Shown here in pieces: positions 26,591 through 40,099 of a DNA stretch of 64,000 nucleotides (position 1 is the stretch's first letter; each line of letters begins with the position of its first letter). Source of the stretch: Octopus sinensis. Taxonomy: Eukaryota. Where the stretch lies: NCBI RefSeq assembly GCF_006345805.1, contig NC_042997.1:139500001-139564000 (forward strand). The letters run 5' to 3'. The translations under genes and the position numbers were made by a program. The notes beneath the pieces were generated by a model. That model was not told where the DNA came from. It ran no database searches and saw only the letters and a program-made list of their open reading frames with translations.

Positions 26591-27130
26591 TAACCAAATG
26601 AGGATACCTTATACATCGACACAGGCTTCATCCAACCACCGTCAATCATAAAACAATTAGTTAATAACATTAGCCCGTACGTTTCCAACCTATCCGCTGA
26701 TAAAGCTACTTTCGTAAAGGCTTCCCCATACTACAATACCGCATTAGAAAAGTCCGACTTTAAGAATAGCATAAATTATATTGAATCAGATGTAGATAAA
26801 CCAAGAAGACACAGGTAGAGGAAACTTTTATGGTACAATCCCTTATGCAGTATGAACGTAGTCACTAATGTAGCTAGAAAATTCCTAAAATGAATAGATA
26901 ATCACTTCCCATACTCACATAAATACTATTTCAACAGAAATACAATTAATGTTAGCTTAAGTTGCTTCCCCAATATAGGGTCGATTATATTCAACCATGG
27001 TAAAAATAACAATATTAGAAAATACAACCCAAAGACCATGTAATTATAGATCTCTGAATAACTGTATATCTCTCTTACCATGAAACCAATAGTAGCCTGG
27101 TTAACCTACAAATAAAGACTATTTATCCAC
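26590..27130 (+). mobile_element. Penelope-like element fragment (RT thumb/linker)
   Basis: [64 protein letters not shown]. Confidence 0.85.
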
Positions 27131-27689
27131 CAATACGATGTCGGGCATTCATTCTCACTGTTCCATAATAACACCTATATATATATATATATGCGTTAAT
27201 GTGTGTGTGCGTGTGCGCGCACGTTATCATCATCTTCGTTGTCTTAACATCCACTTTTCCATGCTTACATTGGTCTGAGAGAATTCGCTGAAGCAAATTT
27301 TCTACAGTTGGATACCCTTCATGTCACCAACCTTAACTAATTTCAAAGCAAGCTGATAATTCCCTAGTTTTCGCAACACCAAACTATCTGGGGAAAGTTA
27401 TGAACTTCTTTTCTCAACAAATATAGTTATGCCAGTGCATATTCTTTAAAGTATGTTGACATAAAGCAACTTTGATGCTTTGGCAATTGCAATCCATTAT
27501 CTAACTATTCACACATAGTACTGTCAGACTGGGGGTTTGTTTTGTGATCACCAGCTGCACTGATATGTTACACAAATCAACTAAATAGCTTCCCTCTCAC
27601 CTCAATTTTTCCTTTCACCTCACTCTTGCTTGCTTCTCTTTCTTTCCCCTTCTCTCACCAAGTTTCTCTTTTCTACTACTTCCTGTCAA

Positions 27690-28646
27690 CATATGAAACT
27701 CAGATTACTTGCATTCCTCATGGTAACGAAGAGCCCCTCACTCAGAGTGAAAGGTAGACTGTATGACACATGTGTGCAAACAGCCATGCTATACGGTAGT
27801 GAAACATGGGCTGTGACTGCTGAGAACATGCGTAGGCTTGAAAGGAATGACGCTAGTATGCTCTGCTGGATGTGTAATATTAGTATACATACATGACAAA
27901 CCGTAAGTCCCCTGTGAGAAAAGTTGGACATAAAAAGCATCAGATGTGGTGTGCAAGAGAGACGACTGTGAAGGTATGGTTACGTGTTGCGTATGAATGA
28001 GGACAGCTGTGTGAAAGTGTCACACCCTAACAGCGGAGGGAACCTGTGGAAGAGGTAGACCCAGGAAGACATGGGATGAGGTGGTTAAGGACGACCTTCG
28101 AATGTTGGGCCTCACAGAAGCAATGACAAATGACTGAAACCTTTGAAGATATACTGTGCTTGAGAAGACCCGGCAAGCCAAGTGATATGGTAGCCGTAGC
28201 CTATGCCAGTGTCGCATAACCAGCCCAATTAAGTGTTCCTTTCCATCGTCAGGCAATATGCTGTGCTTGAGAAGACCTGTTAAAATCAAGCGAAATCACT
28301 GTCGTGGCCAATGCCAGTACCGCCTGACTGGCACGTAAACAGCACCATTTGAGCACAGTCAATGCCAGTGTCATCTGACTGGCCCCGTGCCGGTGACACG
28401 TAAAAAGCACCATTCCATCGTGGGTCGATGCCGCTGCCACCTGACTGGCCCCCATACCGGTGGCACATAAATGGCACCCACTACACTCTCGGAGTGATTG
28501 GTGTTAGGAAGGGCATCCAGCTGTAAAAACCTTGCCAGATCAAATTGGAGCCTAGTGCAACCTCCTGCCTTGCCAGTCCTCAGTCAAACCGTCCAACCAA
28601 TGTCAGCATGGAAGGCGGACATTAAACGATGATAATGATGATGATC
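27690..28646 (+). mobile_element. RTE LINE 3' end with repeat-rich 3' UTR and (GAT)n tail
   Basis: SLRVKGRLYDTCVQTAMLYGSETW, GRGRPRKTWDE; tail 'aaacgatgataatgatgatga'. Confidence 0.9.
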
Positions 28647-29059
28647 TGGTTTCAGCCAGTTTCTTAACACAGGTGATATAAAACTTTATTTTTTCTCTTG
28701 TCATCTTTTCCTTGAAGAAGGATTCTGTCAAAAAGGTTAGGTATTCCATTCTCCACAGCAATTTCATGGTATTCTTCAACACACTTTCTCCAAATAATAC
28801 AAGTCTTGCTTGGATTCTCTTTTATCAAATAAATATCATATATGTTGTGCAAATCAATTTAAATGTCAAAAAATTGATTGAGCATTTCACAAATGTGTTC
28901 AACTTCCCATAATTTACAAAATTTACAAACTGAAATATCAATGAATCTCCTCATGAATATTATTATGAAATGGAACATTATGTGAATATCCATAACAGTG
29001 TCTAAATATTTGAAGTGAGGGAAAAAAATATGTCTAATGTGGCACAGTAGTGGTACAGG

Positions 29060-29420
29060 TGCCATTTCAGCAGGTTCTGGGACAAGAATGTGCGGTCTCA
29101 TCTCCAGCCCAGACATCAACCCTATGGAATTCACTATTTGGTCCATTCTAGAAAGTGATGTTTCAAGAGTTTCCTACTAAAATATCACCACTCTGAAGAA
29201 AGCGTTAGTCACATCAATGGATCATTTCAGTGAAGAAGTTGTCTAGCATTCATGTGACTGTCCACTCCCGTCTTTGAGTGATTGTGAAAGCTAAAGGCTG
29301 ACATATTGAATGAAATGTATCTTAATACGTTACATGACCATATTTAATTTAATCTTAAAGAACTCATGTGTTTTTATGCCCTTTACTAAAAATCAATTAG
29401 GAATCCTTTAGTACACCCTG
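29060..29420 (+). mobile_element. maT/DD37D-like transposon 3' end
   Basis: SPDINPMEFTIWSILE motif; ends CACCCTG|TA. Confidence 0.7.
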
Positions 29421-30791
29421 TACAAGAGAATAGAAGAGAGGGTGTGCAATGATTCTAGGTGGGGAATGAGCGAGGGTAAAATGAGACATTCAGATTTATT
29501 TCTTTGACACTGATTACAGTGTATACCACGATTTTTGACCTTGGGTAGCAACTGTTATTTCCTATTTGCTTACCCACTAGAAAGTATGAAAAATGGTAAT
29601 TGGTCTTGTTACATTTATACAAAACCTAAAGAATCCCTCTCAACACATGGTTATGGTGCTCCCCCACTACTCCTGCTCATGATCAGAGATGCTCATATTG
29701 TCAGCCACTAAGGGACATGCTCAAGTGGTTATGGTCGGGCAACTGACAAGCAAATCTGTAATATTTAGCAGAATATTTTGTATAATGATATTTCTGCTTC
29801 AGCAACTCAGCACTGTATGTATAATGGAAAATAGGTCAGTTTCAAAACATTGATGTCCAGGTCACAAATGCAAAGTTTGAAGGGAATAGTAGTCATTTCC
29901 TTTGGTTTCTAGAAGGAAGCAAATAGGAAATAATACTTATTGACCAAAGACAAAAAAATTTTAATGCTGTTACTCACAGTTACCACCTTAACCATATTTT
30001 CATTGAAGTACACTGCTTTTGTTTCAATTAATTTTGAAAATAACGAAGAATTTAGTAAAATAATTATTATGCTGAAGTTTGGAACATAAATTAACAGGAG
30101 GTTAATTTAGACGACTTGAAAACAGGAAGCTTTTATCAAAGAATCAGGGAAGATCTAAAGAAGTTTGGTATCAAAAGGATTAATACCTAGGCAAATGTGT
30201 AGCTTACAATCTTCATTTATACTTCTATCATTGAAGCACCAGGCAATGAAAAACTAAAAACACAGATAAGGGCTTTAAATAAAATTTTAATTGAAACTTT
30301 CCAAGTATTTTGTAAACAGTATTGACTTGATATATCATTAGTAATATATTTTATATATTTACAGATTCATTGTTAATGGTCATTTGATATCACTGCATGC
30401 TTATTATATATAGTAGAATTCGATGATAAATAATATGTTGTTTATAAATATTATTGTGATTGAGTTATTTAATTAGTAATGTATTAGTTATATGGTAAAA
30501 AAAGGTGACCATATAACATATAACAATGAAGTAATTAAAACAGTTGAGCTGTTCGCTCAAGAACAAACAACACAACATCTGTGTGATATAAACCAGATAG
30601 CTTACTGAAGCTAATAAATGCCATCACTGCTTGTTGAAAACTTTACAGAGAATCCCACAAAACATGGAATGTAAATCTATAGAAATTGGGGCAGGTGGAA
30701 GGCTCAATATTACTTCCAGCATATAAATGCAAAAAAAAAACATTGTTTTTGCTGAAGAATTTTCCAAATATCACATAAATACAATTTCATA

Positions 30792-30900
30792 CTAATTTCC
30801 AGGTAAAGTGTGAAAGACTTTTTCTGAAGATAGAGATGTAAGATATCCAAGAGCTGTTTGGAATGAAGTCAAACAGTAGCCACCTTCACCAAGAAGATAC
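30792..30900 (-). CDS. VPS9D1: VPS9D1-like terminal coding exon (YLLGEGGYCLTSFQTALGYLTSLSSEKVFHTLPGN*)
   Basis: 109 nt, tgtctag| acceptor, GExGYxLT VPS9 motif, TAG stop at 30792-30794. Confidence 0.93.
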
Positions 30901-32531
30901 CTAGACAGAAATAAAATAAAAAACAGTAAAAATTATGAAAATTCTGTAATATTTTAAGCATATAATACACATGTACACACTTTACACCTCCAACAGAGCA
31001 TGTCCACTTCATTTCTTTCTAATCTTCATACATTCTTTGCACCCATATTTCACAATCATGCAGCATTACATTTCATGCAAAAGTATCACATAATCTGCTC
31101 TTCAGTCAGAGGCAGAGAAAGAACTCCTTTGTTGCCAGCAGAAGTTATAACTCCCTGAACTTTACTTAATTTTCACTCTGAATGTCATACACTCAGAGCA
31201 GTAAATTTCACTGCAATTAGTCACACTAGCAGCAAGACCGCCCTCCTGGCAGTTTTCTACTAGCCCCTTCATAATATTTTCACATTTGATTCCCACTTCT
31301 AATAATTTTTATATTTTATGTTCTAATTATTTCTTTGTATAATAGTGCTTACTTGATTAGTAAATATTGTTTTCATTATTTTATCAGTCATAATCTCTCT
31401 CTTTTAAACAAGCATCATGGTAGTCCAACAACAGAGGGAGGAGCAATTTGTCAAGTTTTACCTTCCCCTCAAAGCAACATAGAGATTACAATTCAGCAGC
31501 CCATCTGTATGCTTTGCAGTTTGTGTGTGTGTGTGTGTGTGTGCACGTGCGTGCATGTGTGTGTGTGTGTAAGAGAGAGGGAGAGAGAACATTGCAAACA
31601 ATAAATGAAATAAGCATGAAATGAAAAAATCATAAATATAAGGGCATTACTACAGATGTATATGCCCCCAACTTTTTTACCTCATAACATCCAGAAAAAT
31701 GGATACTTTTTAACAAAATTTTCTACAAATACCACTTAGATGTTGTGGCTTCAGAGTATATAGGGATGTGTGGGAAAGAATTTTTCCAATGAGGTGGAGG
31801 GAAGAGTTTTGGAAAATTTACATGATCTGACTTTTTTCCCTCATAGCTTTCAGGAAAATGGGTATACAAATCCCTTCTAAACAGCATTGATTACAATTAT
31901 AAAGAAATTTGTGAGGAAAATTTTTTTCATGGATTTTCTCCATTTCATTTAAATCACAGCTTTTGAAATGATGGGGTTGGAGTGGAGATGCATCTTTGTA
32001 TGAAAAAAGTTTTGAAAACTTTTTATTACAAACCCACTCCCTCATCATCCCAATCCAAACCTATTAGGAATAGGAATATTTTAACACAGTGCTAAGAGCT
32101 GACAAAATGCATTAGTTATTTCATAATTTGGCACGATATAACTACAGGTAAAAAAGTGTAATAACTTCATATATTGTAACCAGTGGTAGAAAAACATAGT
32201 AACCCCCCACACACACATGCACACACACTGTAAACATAGACATGAAAGTGTGGTACAATATTTTCCAGCATACAAGTCAATGTAGTATATAGTGTAAACA
32301 TTCAAACATTGTCACTATCTTTCCAAATCCTACTGCATTTCACAGAGAACTTTTGTTCTTCCAAAGACATCTTGGTATATAAGTCATCCCACCTTTTTTA
32401 GCTGCAAATTTTAATATGAAAATTCCAACTTGTATACTGCAAAATATGGTTACCAGGCACAGTGAAACCATAGTTAAAAATAAAAGTACTGAAGACAAGT
32501 GAAATAATAAGTATGAGCTTATGTTACTCAC

Positions 32532-32636
32532 CCTTCATGGATCAGTTCCTCTATGGCAGCACATTCAGAGACAAGTTCTGGTAGTTCACTACGGATCAGC
32601 ACATAATGCAGGATTGGAAGCAGATCATCTGCACCA
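32532..32636 (-). CDS. VPS9D1: VPS9D1-like exon, VPS9 catalytic motif ([35 protein letters not shown])
   Basis: 105 nt, ttttcag| and |gtgagt, phase 2/2; GADDLLP is the VPS9-domain signature. Confidence 0.93.
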
Positions 32637-33269
32637 CTGAAAAGAAGCAATTCTAAATTCTTAATGGTGTAGTGGTGATTGTGGTGATGATAATAGTTGT
32701 GGTAACACTATAGAATTAAGAAGAGATTCATTGGCTGGCTTGTAGTTTGCAATACAGATAAACAGAATACCTCTCAGTACTACCTGATTGACTGCATGTG
32801 ACTAGAGTATATCCTATTGCACCAGATGTTTTCAGCATCTCAGTGATTATACCCAAAGGCTTACCTGCTTTCCCTATATATCTGGAGGAAAGTGTACCTA
32901 TATATCTGGAGGAAAGTGTACCTTTTATCTGCTTAGGATTAAAAAAATTGGGAACACATCAGTCCTGTATGTCTCTATAATTCAGAAAAAATTAGAGGCA
33001 TAGCAACTGCTTCAAGAAGTTCAGTAGTTTCTATTTCTGTAAATAATTCCCAACATTTGGAGCTACATGAATTACATGTCTGATGTTGTTGATGATTTTT
33101 TGGAGTGTGACATGTTGACATTGATGAGCATGGTTTGATATCTGAGACAATGTTCTTAAATGTTGTTGTTGGGATGTAGGACATTGTAGTTTTGCTTTCT
33201 ATTATTAATTTTTTTTCTTTCTTTCTTTTTTTTTTGTATGTCTTCTATAGACATAAACTTGTATCCTGG

Positions 33270-33510
33270 CAAAAACATTGCAGGAATGACTAGATGGATG
33301 CTACACCCGCTTACTCCAACATGCACTGAATATCAAATGGCAACAGAGGGTGATCAATGAAGACCTCCACAGGGACCTTCCCCTGATATCACAGGTGGTC
33401 AAAACCAAGAGACTCCATTTTGCTGGGCATTGCTACTGGGCCAGGAACAAAAGCATCAGGGATGTGTTACTCTGGGAACCAACACATGGCTACAGGAGCA
33501 GAAGTTGACT
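33270..33510 (+). mobile_element. Non-LTR retrotransposon C-terminal fragment (RTE-related)
   Basis: LDGCYTRLL..ALNIKWQQRV, KRLHFAGHCYW, LLWEPTHG across frameshifts. Confidence 0.6.
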
Positions 33511-34129
33511 AAGCAGTTGACCAGCTACAACATATGCTGACAGACTAGTGATTGACAGCAGTCTATCAGCTCCCCATCGTCAAACATGTTTCCACAGCTG
33601 GCAGAGTGATGATGATGATGATGATGATGATGCTGATAATGAACATTACAGATCATCTATTGTCTCCCTCCCAACTTCCTGTCTCCCTTTGTCCTCTCTA
33701 CCCATATAATATTTTCCACTATTCCTAGGAGAGCTACTGCCCACTATGAGTAGTACAGCTCTTGATATTTTATATACAAGGTAAACTCTCAAGAAAACCC
33801 CATGTAACACTTATTTCAAAGGTAAAAATTCTGATTGTCTCATATTATTACGTACATTATGTACCACAAAATATATCCTATTGCAATACATGAATCTGTA
33901 ACATTTATTATTATAGTCATCATCATCATCACTCTGCCAGCTGTGGAAACATGTCTGACCATGAGGAAATACTATCTTCCTTGGAAACAGGTAAGAGTCG
34001 GTGACAGGGAAAACATCCAGCCACAGAAAATCTGCCTCAATAAATTCCATCTGACCCATACAAACATGGAAAAAAATAAATGTTCAAATGACGATGATAC
34101 ATATAAATATATATGTATGTATATATGTA

Positions 34130-34640
34130 TCATCATCATCATCATCATCATCGTTTAGCATCCGTTTTCCATGCTAGCATGGGTTGGACGGTTCCACTGG
34201 GGTCTGTGAAGCCAGAAGGCTTCATCAGGCCCAGTCAAATCTGGCAGTGTTTCTACGGCTGGATGCCCTTCCTAACGCCAACCACTCCGTGAGTGTAGTG
34301 GGTGCTTTTTACGTGCCACCCGCACTGGTGCCAGACAGAGCTGGCAAACGGCCACGAACGGATGGTGCTTTTTATGTGCCACCGGCACGAGGGCCAGGCG
34401 AGGCTGGCAACAGACACGAAACGGGGCAGTGCTGGCAACGGTCGCGAAACGGAAAGTTCTCTTACATGCCACCGGCACTGGTAACACATCTGCAATTTCC
34501 ATTGATCGATTTCAATTCTGATCCTCACTTGCCTCAACGGGTCTTCACAAGTAGAGTTTCGACATGCCACCGGCACTGGTAACACATCCGCAATTTCCAT
34601 TGATCGATTTCGATTCTGATCCTCACTTGCCTCAACACGT
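34130..34640 (-). mobile_element. RTE 3' UTR/tail copy with an internal ~100-bp tandem duplication
   Basis: (CAT)n tail, 'gtgccaccggcac' repeats; 34465-34545 is repeated at 34564-34637. Confidence 0.8.
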
Positions 34641-34649
34641 CTATATTTA

Positions 34650-34686
<37 letters not shown>

Positions 34687-34738
34687 CACACACACATTAG
34701 TACATACGCGCACACACATATATATGTATATATATATA

Positions 34739-35459
34739 CAGGCATACCTCACCCTAAGTCATTAATAGGTTCCAGGAGACATGACTTAATTCGAAAAATG
34801 ACTTAGGTCAAATTAACTTCACTCTAGGCTAGGCCAAATTTTCTTGTCCCTAGGCTAAACCGATAATAACCATTCCCAGATCTGTACTTTATTTATGAAT
34901 GCATATTCAATAATACATGGTTAATAAAAACCTATTTTAAGCTTACAAACAAATAATTTTTATTTTTTTATACAGTACAGTAAAAAAAAAAAGTTATCTA
35001 AATTTATGAATACAATTTGGCAGTGTTTACTGTACATTGTAGATGCTTTATTTATGAATGCAGACTGCAATAACACATGGTAAAATAAATTATTATTATT
35101 TCACAATAGTAAAAAAAAACTAATTTATTTTAAATTTACCAATATGTACATACAATTTGGTGATTTCGTGATTTCATTCACTAAGCTACACTACTTTATG
35201 GTGTGTATCTTAACATTTATTGTACATATTTTAATATGATTTTATATGCTTTTATTCTTATTTATTCTACAGTAACATGATTTTTATGTGCTTTTAATGG
35301 TTTTCTAGTGATTTTACAATTCCAATATTGGTGGCAGACACACATAAAGTCGAGTAAAATGACTTAACTTGATTTCTATTTTTCCATATATAATTTTTGA
35401 AAACCAATGTATAATCAAGAAAGACTTAAATCGAAATGATTTAAGCCAAGGTATGCCTG
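34739..35459. mobile_element. pogo/Tigger-like non-autonomous element
   Basis: TA|CAGGCATACCT...AGGTATGCCTG|TA terminal inverted repeats; no ORF. Confidence 0.75.
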
Positions 35460-35467
35460 TATATATA

Positions 35468-36720
35468 TTGGGTCATCCTATAAATAATGCGGTTTTTTCA
35501 ATTGCATGAACTAAAAGTCAGAAGGGAACAGGATAAACTACTTGCATCAACTTACTATAAAAGCAGGTTATATTTTTACCTAGTCCTTATTCTTAGTGCA
35601 AGTTTTGAAGAGTGCAGTTTAATTTTAACAGTTATTTTTTCAAAGTTATAATGGAAATGACAAAGGAACATATTCGGCATACTTTGCTCAATGAGTTCAA
35701 TAAAGGCAACAATGCAACAGAAAGTGCAAGGACTATTAATGCAATATATGGAGACTGGACAATAAGCATAAACCAGTGTCAACAGTGGTTCCAGAAATTC
35801 CGAACCAGAAACTACAGCCTAGAAGACGAGCCTTATCCAGGAAGATCTGTAGAGCTCGCCCCTGGTGGAACAAAATATTATCATAACTGTTGAGGAACTA
35901 GCAGAGAAGGTTAGATTTGGTCATTCAACCATTCATCGACACCTGCATGCAATTGGAAAAGTCAGCAAATTGGGTCAATGGGTTCCTCACAAACTTTCAG
36001 AGTCTGATCACATGCAGAGAGTGAATCTGTGCTCTTCTTTGCTGTCACATCTCACGAATGAACTTTTTTGGGACTGAAGAGTGACTGATGAGAAATGGGT
36101 TCTCTATAAAAATGTAAGTGCCAAAGACAGTGGGTAGCAAAAGGAGAAACACCATAGGTCTTCAACCATGTAAGGTGTTGTTATCTGTTTGGTGGGATAT
36201 GAAAGGTTTAGTCCACTTTGAACTTTTAAACCCAAACTAAATGATAACAAAGGAGATCTACTGCAAGCAGCTTGAGCAGCTTAAGTCAGCGCTAGAAGAA
36301 AAACGAGCATCTTTGGTTTGAAGATGAAAGGTGTTCTTCCATCAGGATAATGCTTGGCTACATACAACAAAGATGATATTCCAGAGGCTGGAGCAGTTTG
36401 AATGGGAAACAATGCCCCACCCACCATATTTGCTGGACATTGCCCCACCTGATTATCATTTATTCCATAGTCTTCAAAATCATTTGGATGGAAAAATCAT
36501 TAATCCTGTAGACGAGGTCAGAACAGTACTAGAGGAGTATTTTTCATCACGGACAAGTGAATTTTAGAAGAGGGGCTTTGCAAGTCTACCAGATAGGTGG
36601 AAGAATATTATAGAAAATGAAGGAGAGTATATTTTAGATTAAAAGACAATTATGTTTATCTTAATTTTGAAAAATAAAAAAAAAGTATTAAAAAAACGCA
36701 TTATTTATGGGATGATCCAA
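35468..36720 (+). mobile_element. Full-length decayed mariner (DD34D) transposon
   Basis: ~30-bp TIRs (TTGGGTCATCCTATAAATAATGCG / CGCATTATTTATGGGATGATCCAA) with TA flanks; WVPHKL, TDEKW, HQDNA, PY..DIAPPDYHLF. Confidence 0.95.
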
Positions 36721-36957
36721 TAAATATATATATATATATACATATATATATAAAGATAGATAGATAGATACACACACATACATATTTATACACAAACACA
36801 TCAATACATACACACATGCACACACATACATACACACACATACATACATACACATACACACACATATATACACACACACATACATACATATTAATTCATG
36901 TAGAAACATAAGTGTTTAAGATATAATGTAGGAAAATGCCACATGTGGTCTACATAC

Positions 36958-37054
36958 ACAGTAGGTGCATGATCTTCAGTATTGCTCTTTACACCAGTAT
37001 GACTTGGATGTTGATAGTCTGCAATGCATTGGCATACCTGTCGGATAACACGAA
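36958..37054 (-). CDS. VPS9D1: VPS9D1-like exon (V-RVIRQVCQCIADY...HAPT-V)
   Basis: 97 nt, tttcag| and |gtatgt, phase 1/2; within ORF 36891..37091. Confidence 0.87.
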
Positions 37055-37349
37055 CTGAAAAACAAAACAGGAAGTAATCATCTAGAAACATTTCGCTCTC
37101 TTAACGATTTGCAGGGACACAGTATTTCATTATGCAACCATAACAAACTAAAAAGTATATTAAAAATTTTTTATAAACCAATACCATGTACTACTGTGTT
37201 AGCAGTGCTATTGCTTCATTTGTTCAAGTTATCTCAACAGATTCTCTATAGAAATTATAGCTGGCACTGATTTTGTTACAAAGTTTCATATCCAAGACAC
37301 CTGATGTAAACAACAATATGATCGAAAATGAAAAATGGGTAATGGGTGT

Positions 37350-37800
37350 CATCATCATCATTTAACGTCTGCTTTCCATGCTAGCATGGGTTGGACGATT
37401 TGACTGAGGGCTGGCGAACCAGATGGCCGCACCAGGCTCCAATCTGATCTGGTAGTTTCTACAGCTGGATGCCCTTCCTAACGCCAACCACTCCGAGAGT
37501 GTAGTGGGTGCTTTTACATGCCACTGGCACGAGGGCCAGTCAGGCGGTACTGGCAACGGCCATGCTCAAATGGTGTTTTTTACGTGCCACCTGAACAGGA
37601 GTCAATCCAGTGACACTGGCAACGATCTCGCTTGAATGTTTTTTTACGTGCCACTGGCACAAGTGCCAGAAGGCGACGCTGGTAACGATCACGCTCAAAT
37701 GGTGCTTTTTACATGCCACCAGCACAGAAGCCAGACAACTGCTCTGGCAGTGATCCTGCTCGAGTGGAGCTGTTAGCGCTCCACTGGCACGGGTGCCAAT
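37350..37800 (-). mobile_element. RTE 3' UTR/tail copy
   Basis: Same family as 28240-28646. Confidence 0.8.
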
Positions 37801-38525
37801 GACATATTTCAGGAGTTTTTGCTCCTTCCTCAGCACCCATCGACTCATTCATCATCCATGAATTCATTGCTTAAACAGCCACTAAATGTAATGGTGTAAT
37901 GTTATTAGATATACCAATTTTACATATTAAATACATTCCTGGAAGCTGGTAGGTAAATGTCAATGAATTCTAGGCACATGGTATTTCATTACGCAACCAT
38001 ACTTTATACTTTGTAGTATATCATGATTGCATAACAAAATACCATGTGCCTAGGATTCATTAACATTTACCTACCAGCTTCCAAGAATGTATTTAATAAG
38101 TAAAATTGGTATATTCAATAACCTTACACCACTATATTTAGTGGCTGTTTAAGCAAATGAGTTCATGGCAAATGAATGGGTAGGATGGGTGCTGATAAAC
38201 AAGCAAAAATTCCTGAAACATGTCATATATGCCCATTACCCATTTTTCATCTTTGATCTCATTGTTTGTTTACATCAAGTGTCTCAGACACGAAACTTCG
38301 TAACAAAACTAGTGGTGGCTATAATTTCTATAGAAAATCTGTAGATATAACCTGAACAAATGATCGATCTCTCTCACACACACACACATACACTCTTTCA
38401 ATATCCATATTACTTACTTCATTTCATCCTTTAAACTCATTCTGCTCACCCACTCACTTCTGATTATCCTCTCAAGAAAAACCACAAATGTATGGACACA
38501 TCCTTTCCTCTATGAAGTTTAAAAA

Positions 38526-39560
38526 TAGTGTCATCATCATCATCATCGATTAACGTCCACTTTCCATGCTGGCATGGTTTGGACAGTTTGACTGAGGTCT
38601 GGAAAGACAGCGGCTGCACCAAGCTCCAATCTGATCTGGCAATGATTCTACAGCTGGACACCCTTCCTAACGCCAACCACTCAGAGAGTGTAATAAGTGC
38701 TTTTAACATGCCACCAGAACAGGAGCCAGTCAGGCATGTCTGGCATCGATCACATTTGTGTAGTGCTTTTTACACGCCACTGGCCCGGGGACCAGTCAGC
38801 AAGTACAGACACTTTCGGATGGTGCTTTTTACATGCCACTGGCACAAGATCCCGTCAGCGAATACTGGCATCAGCCACATTTGGATGGTGCTTTTTATAT
38901 GCCACCGGCATGGGAGCCAGTCAGGTGAACATGGCACCAACCACGTTTGGATAGTGCTTTTTATGTACCACCGGCATGGGAGCCAGTCAGCGGGCATTGG
39001 CCACAGCTATGATATTGGTTTTACTTTACTCAACAGGTCTTCTCAAGCATATCATATCGCCCAACACATCGGGGGTACTCTTAACTAAACCAGACATACA
39101 TGGCTGCAATCTCACTTTAGTTACCAGGTTTTCTCAATCACAGCATATCTCCAAAGGTCTTGGTCTCCTGTCATTGCCTCTGTGAGGCCCAGCGTTCGAA
39201 GATCATGCTTCACCACCTCATCCTATGTCTTCCAGGGTCTATCTCTTCCTCAGGTTCCTTCCACAGTTAGGGAATGGCACTTCCTCACGCAACTGTCCTC
39301 ATCCATATGTAACACATGACCATACCAGTGCAGTCGTCTCTCTTGCACACCATATTTGATGCTTCTTATGCCCAACTTTTCACTCAGGCCACTTACACTG
39401 TCAGGTATGCACACTGGCATTACCCATCCAGTGGATCATACTAGCTTCATTTTTTTCAAGCTTATGCATGTCCTCAGCACTCATGGCCCATGTTTCATTG
39501 CCGTGTAGCATGGCAGTTCACAAACATGCATCATACAGTCTACCTTTCATCCTAACCCTA
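38526..39560 (-). mobile_element. RTE LINE 3' end (ORF C-terminus + UTR + tail)
   Basis: Reverse-complement match to 27700-28646 and 51200-52267. Confidence 0.85.
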
Positions 39561-39649
39561 ATTCAACAGCTTCATCTTCAATTTTGCGATGGTATAACAT
39601 ACACTATTTCAAAATTCATAAACTTAAAACCTGCTTTGTAATTACTTAC

Positions 39650-39852
39650 CCAAGCATTCCATTTTCATTAAGGGTGCCGTCAAATCTTTCACTGATCTCA
39701 ACTCTTCAACTGCAGACTGATAAGGAAACTGACCAGAAGTGGAAGACTGTTCAAGACAAAGATTTGGTGCCACATCAACATCTTGTGGCATTACATTCTG
39801 ATAGTCAGTCATTACCTGAGCTGCTTTATATTCTTCATCTCTATGAACAATT
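39650..39852 (-). CDS. VPS9D1: VPS9D1-like exon, start of VPS9 region (IVHRDEEY...FPYQSAVEELRSVKDLTAPLMKMECL)
   Basis: 203 nt, atttcag| and |gtaagt, phase 2/1; within ORF 39642..39863. Confidence 0.9.
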
Positions 39853-40099
39853 CTGAAATACAATGTATATTGTCAGTATTAATTTTCAAATTAAACCTAA
39901 TGTTTAGCTTCTAAATAAAAAGATTAATTACTAAAAAAGTGAATACAGACAAAATAATGTGAAAATAAGATTATTTTTCTCACTAAACAGTGAAAAGATG
40001 AGAAAACATTAGGAGCTTTAATTTTTTTCTTAATGGTTTTACATTTATCTTCACATTTTTTTCTTCTGCTACCTAAACAAGTACAATGGGATAGTTATG

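Noticed and set aside
30870-30890. GEGGY instead of GEEGY as an inactivated GEF
   Set aside because: The catalytic Asp (GADD) and Glu (GE) are retained, and Gly at this position occurs in other VPS9 proteins such as the RIN family, as recalled.
32975-33184. ORF MSYIPTTT... as the VPS9D1 C-terminus
   Set aside because: It is intronic, and the true GADD and GExGY exons are at 32532-32636 and 30792-30900.
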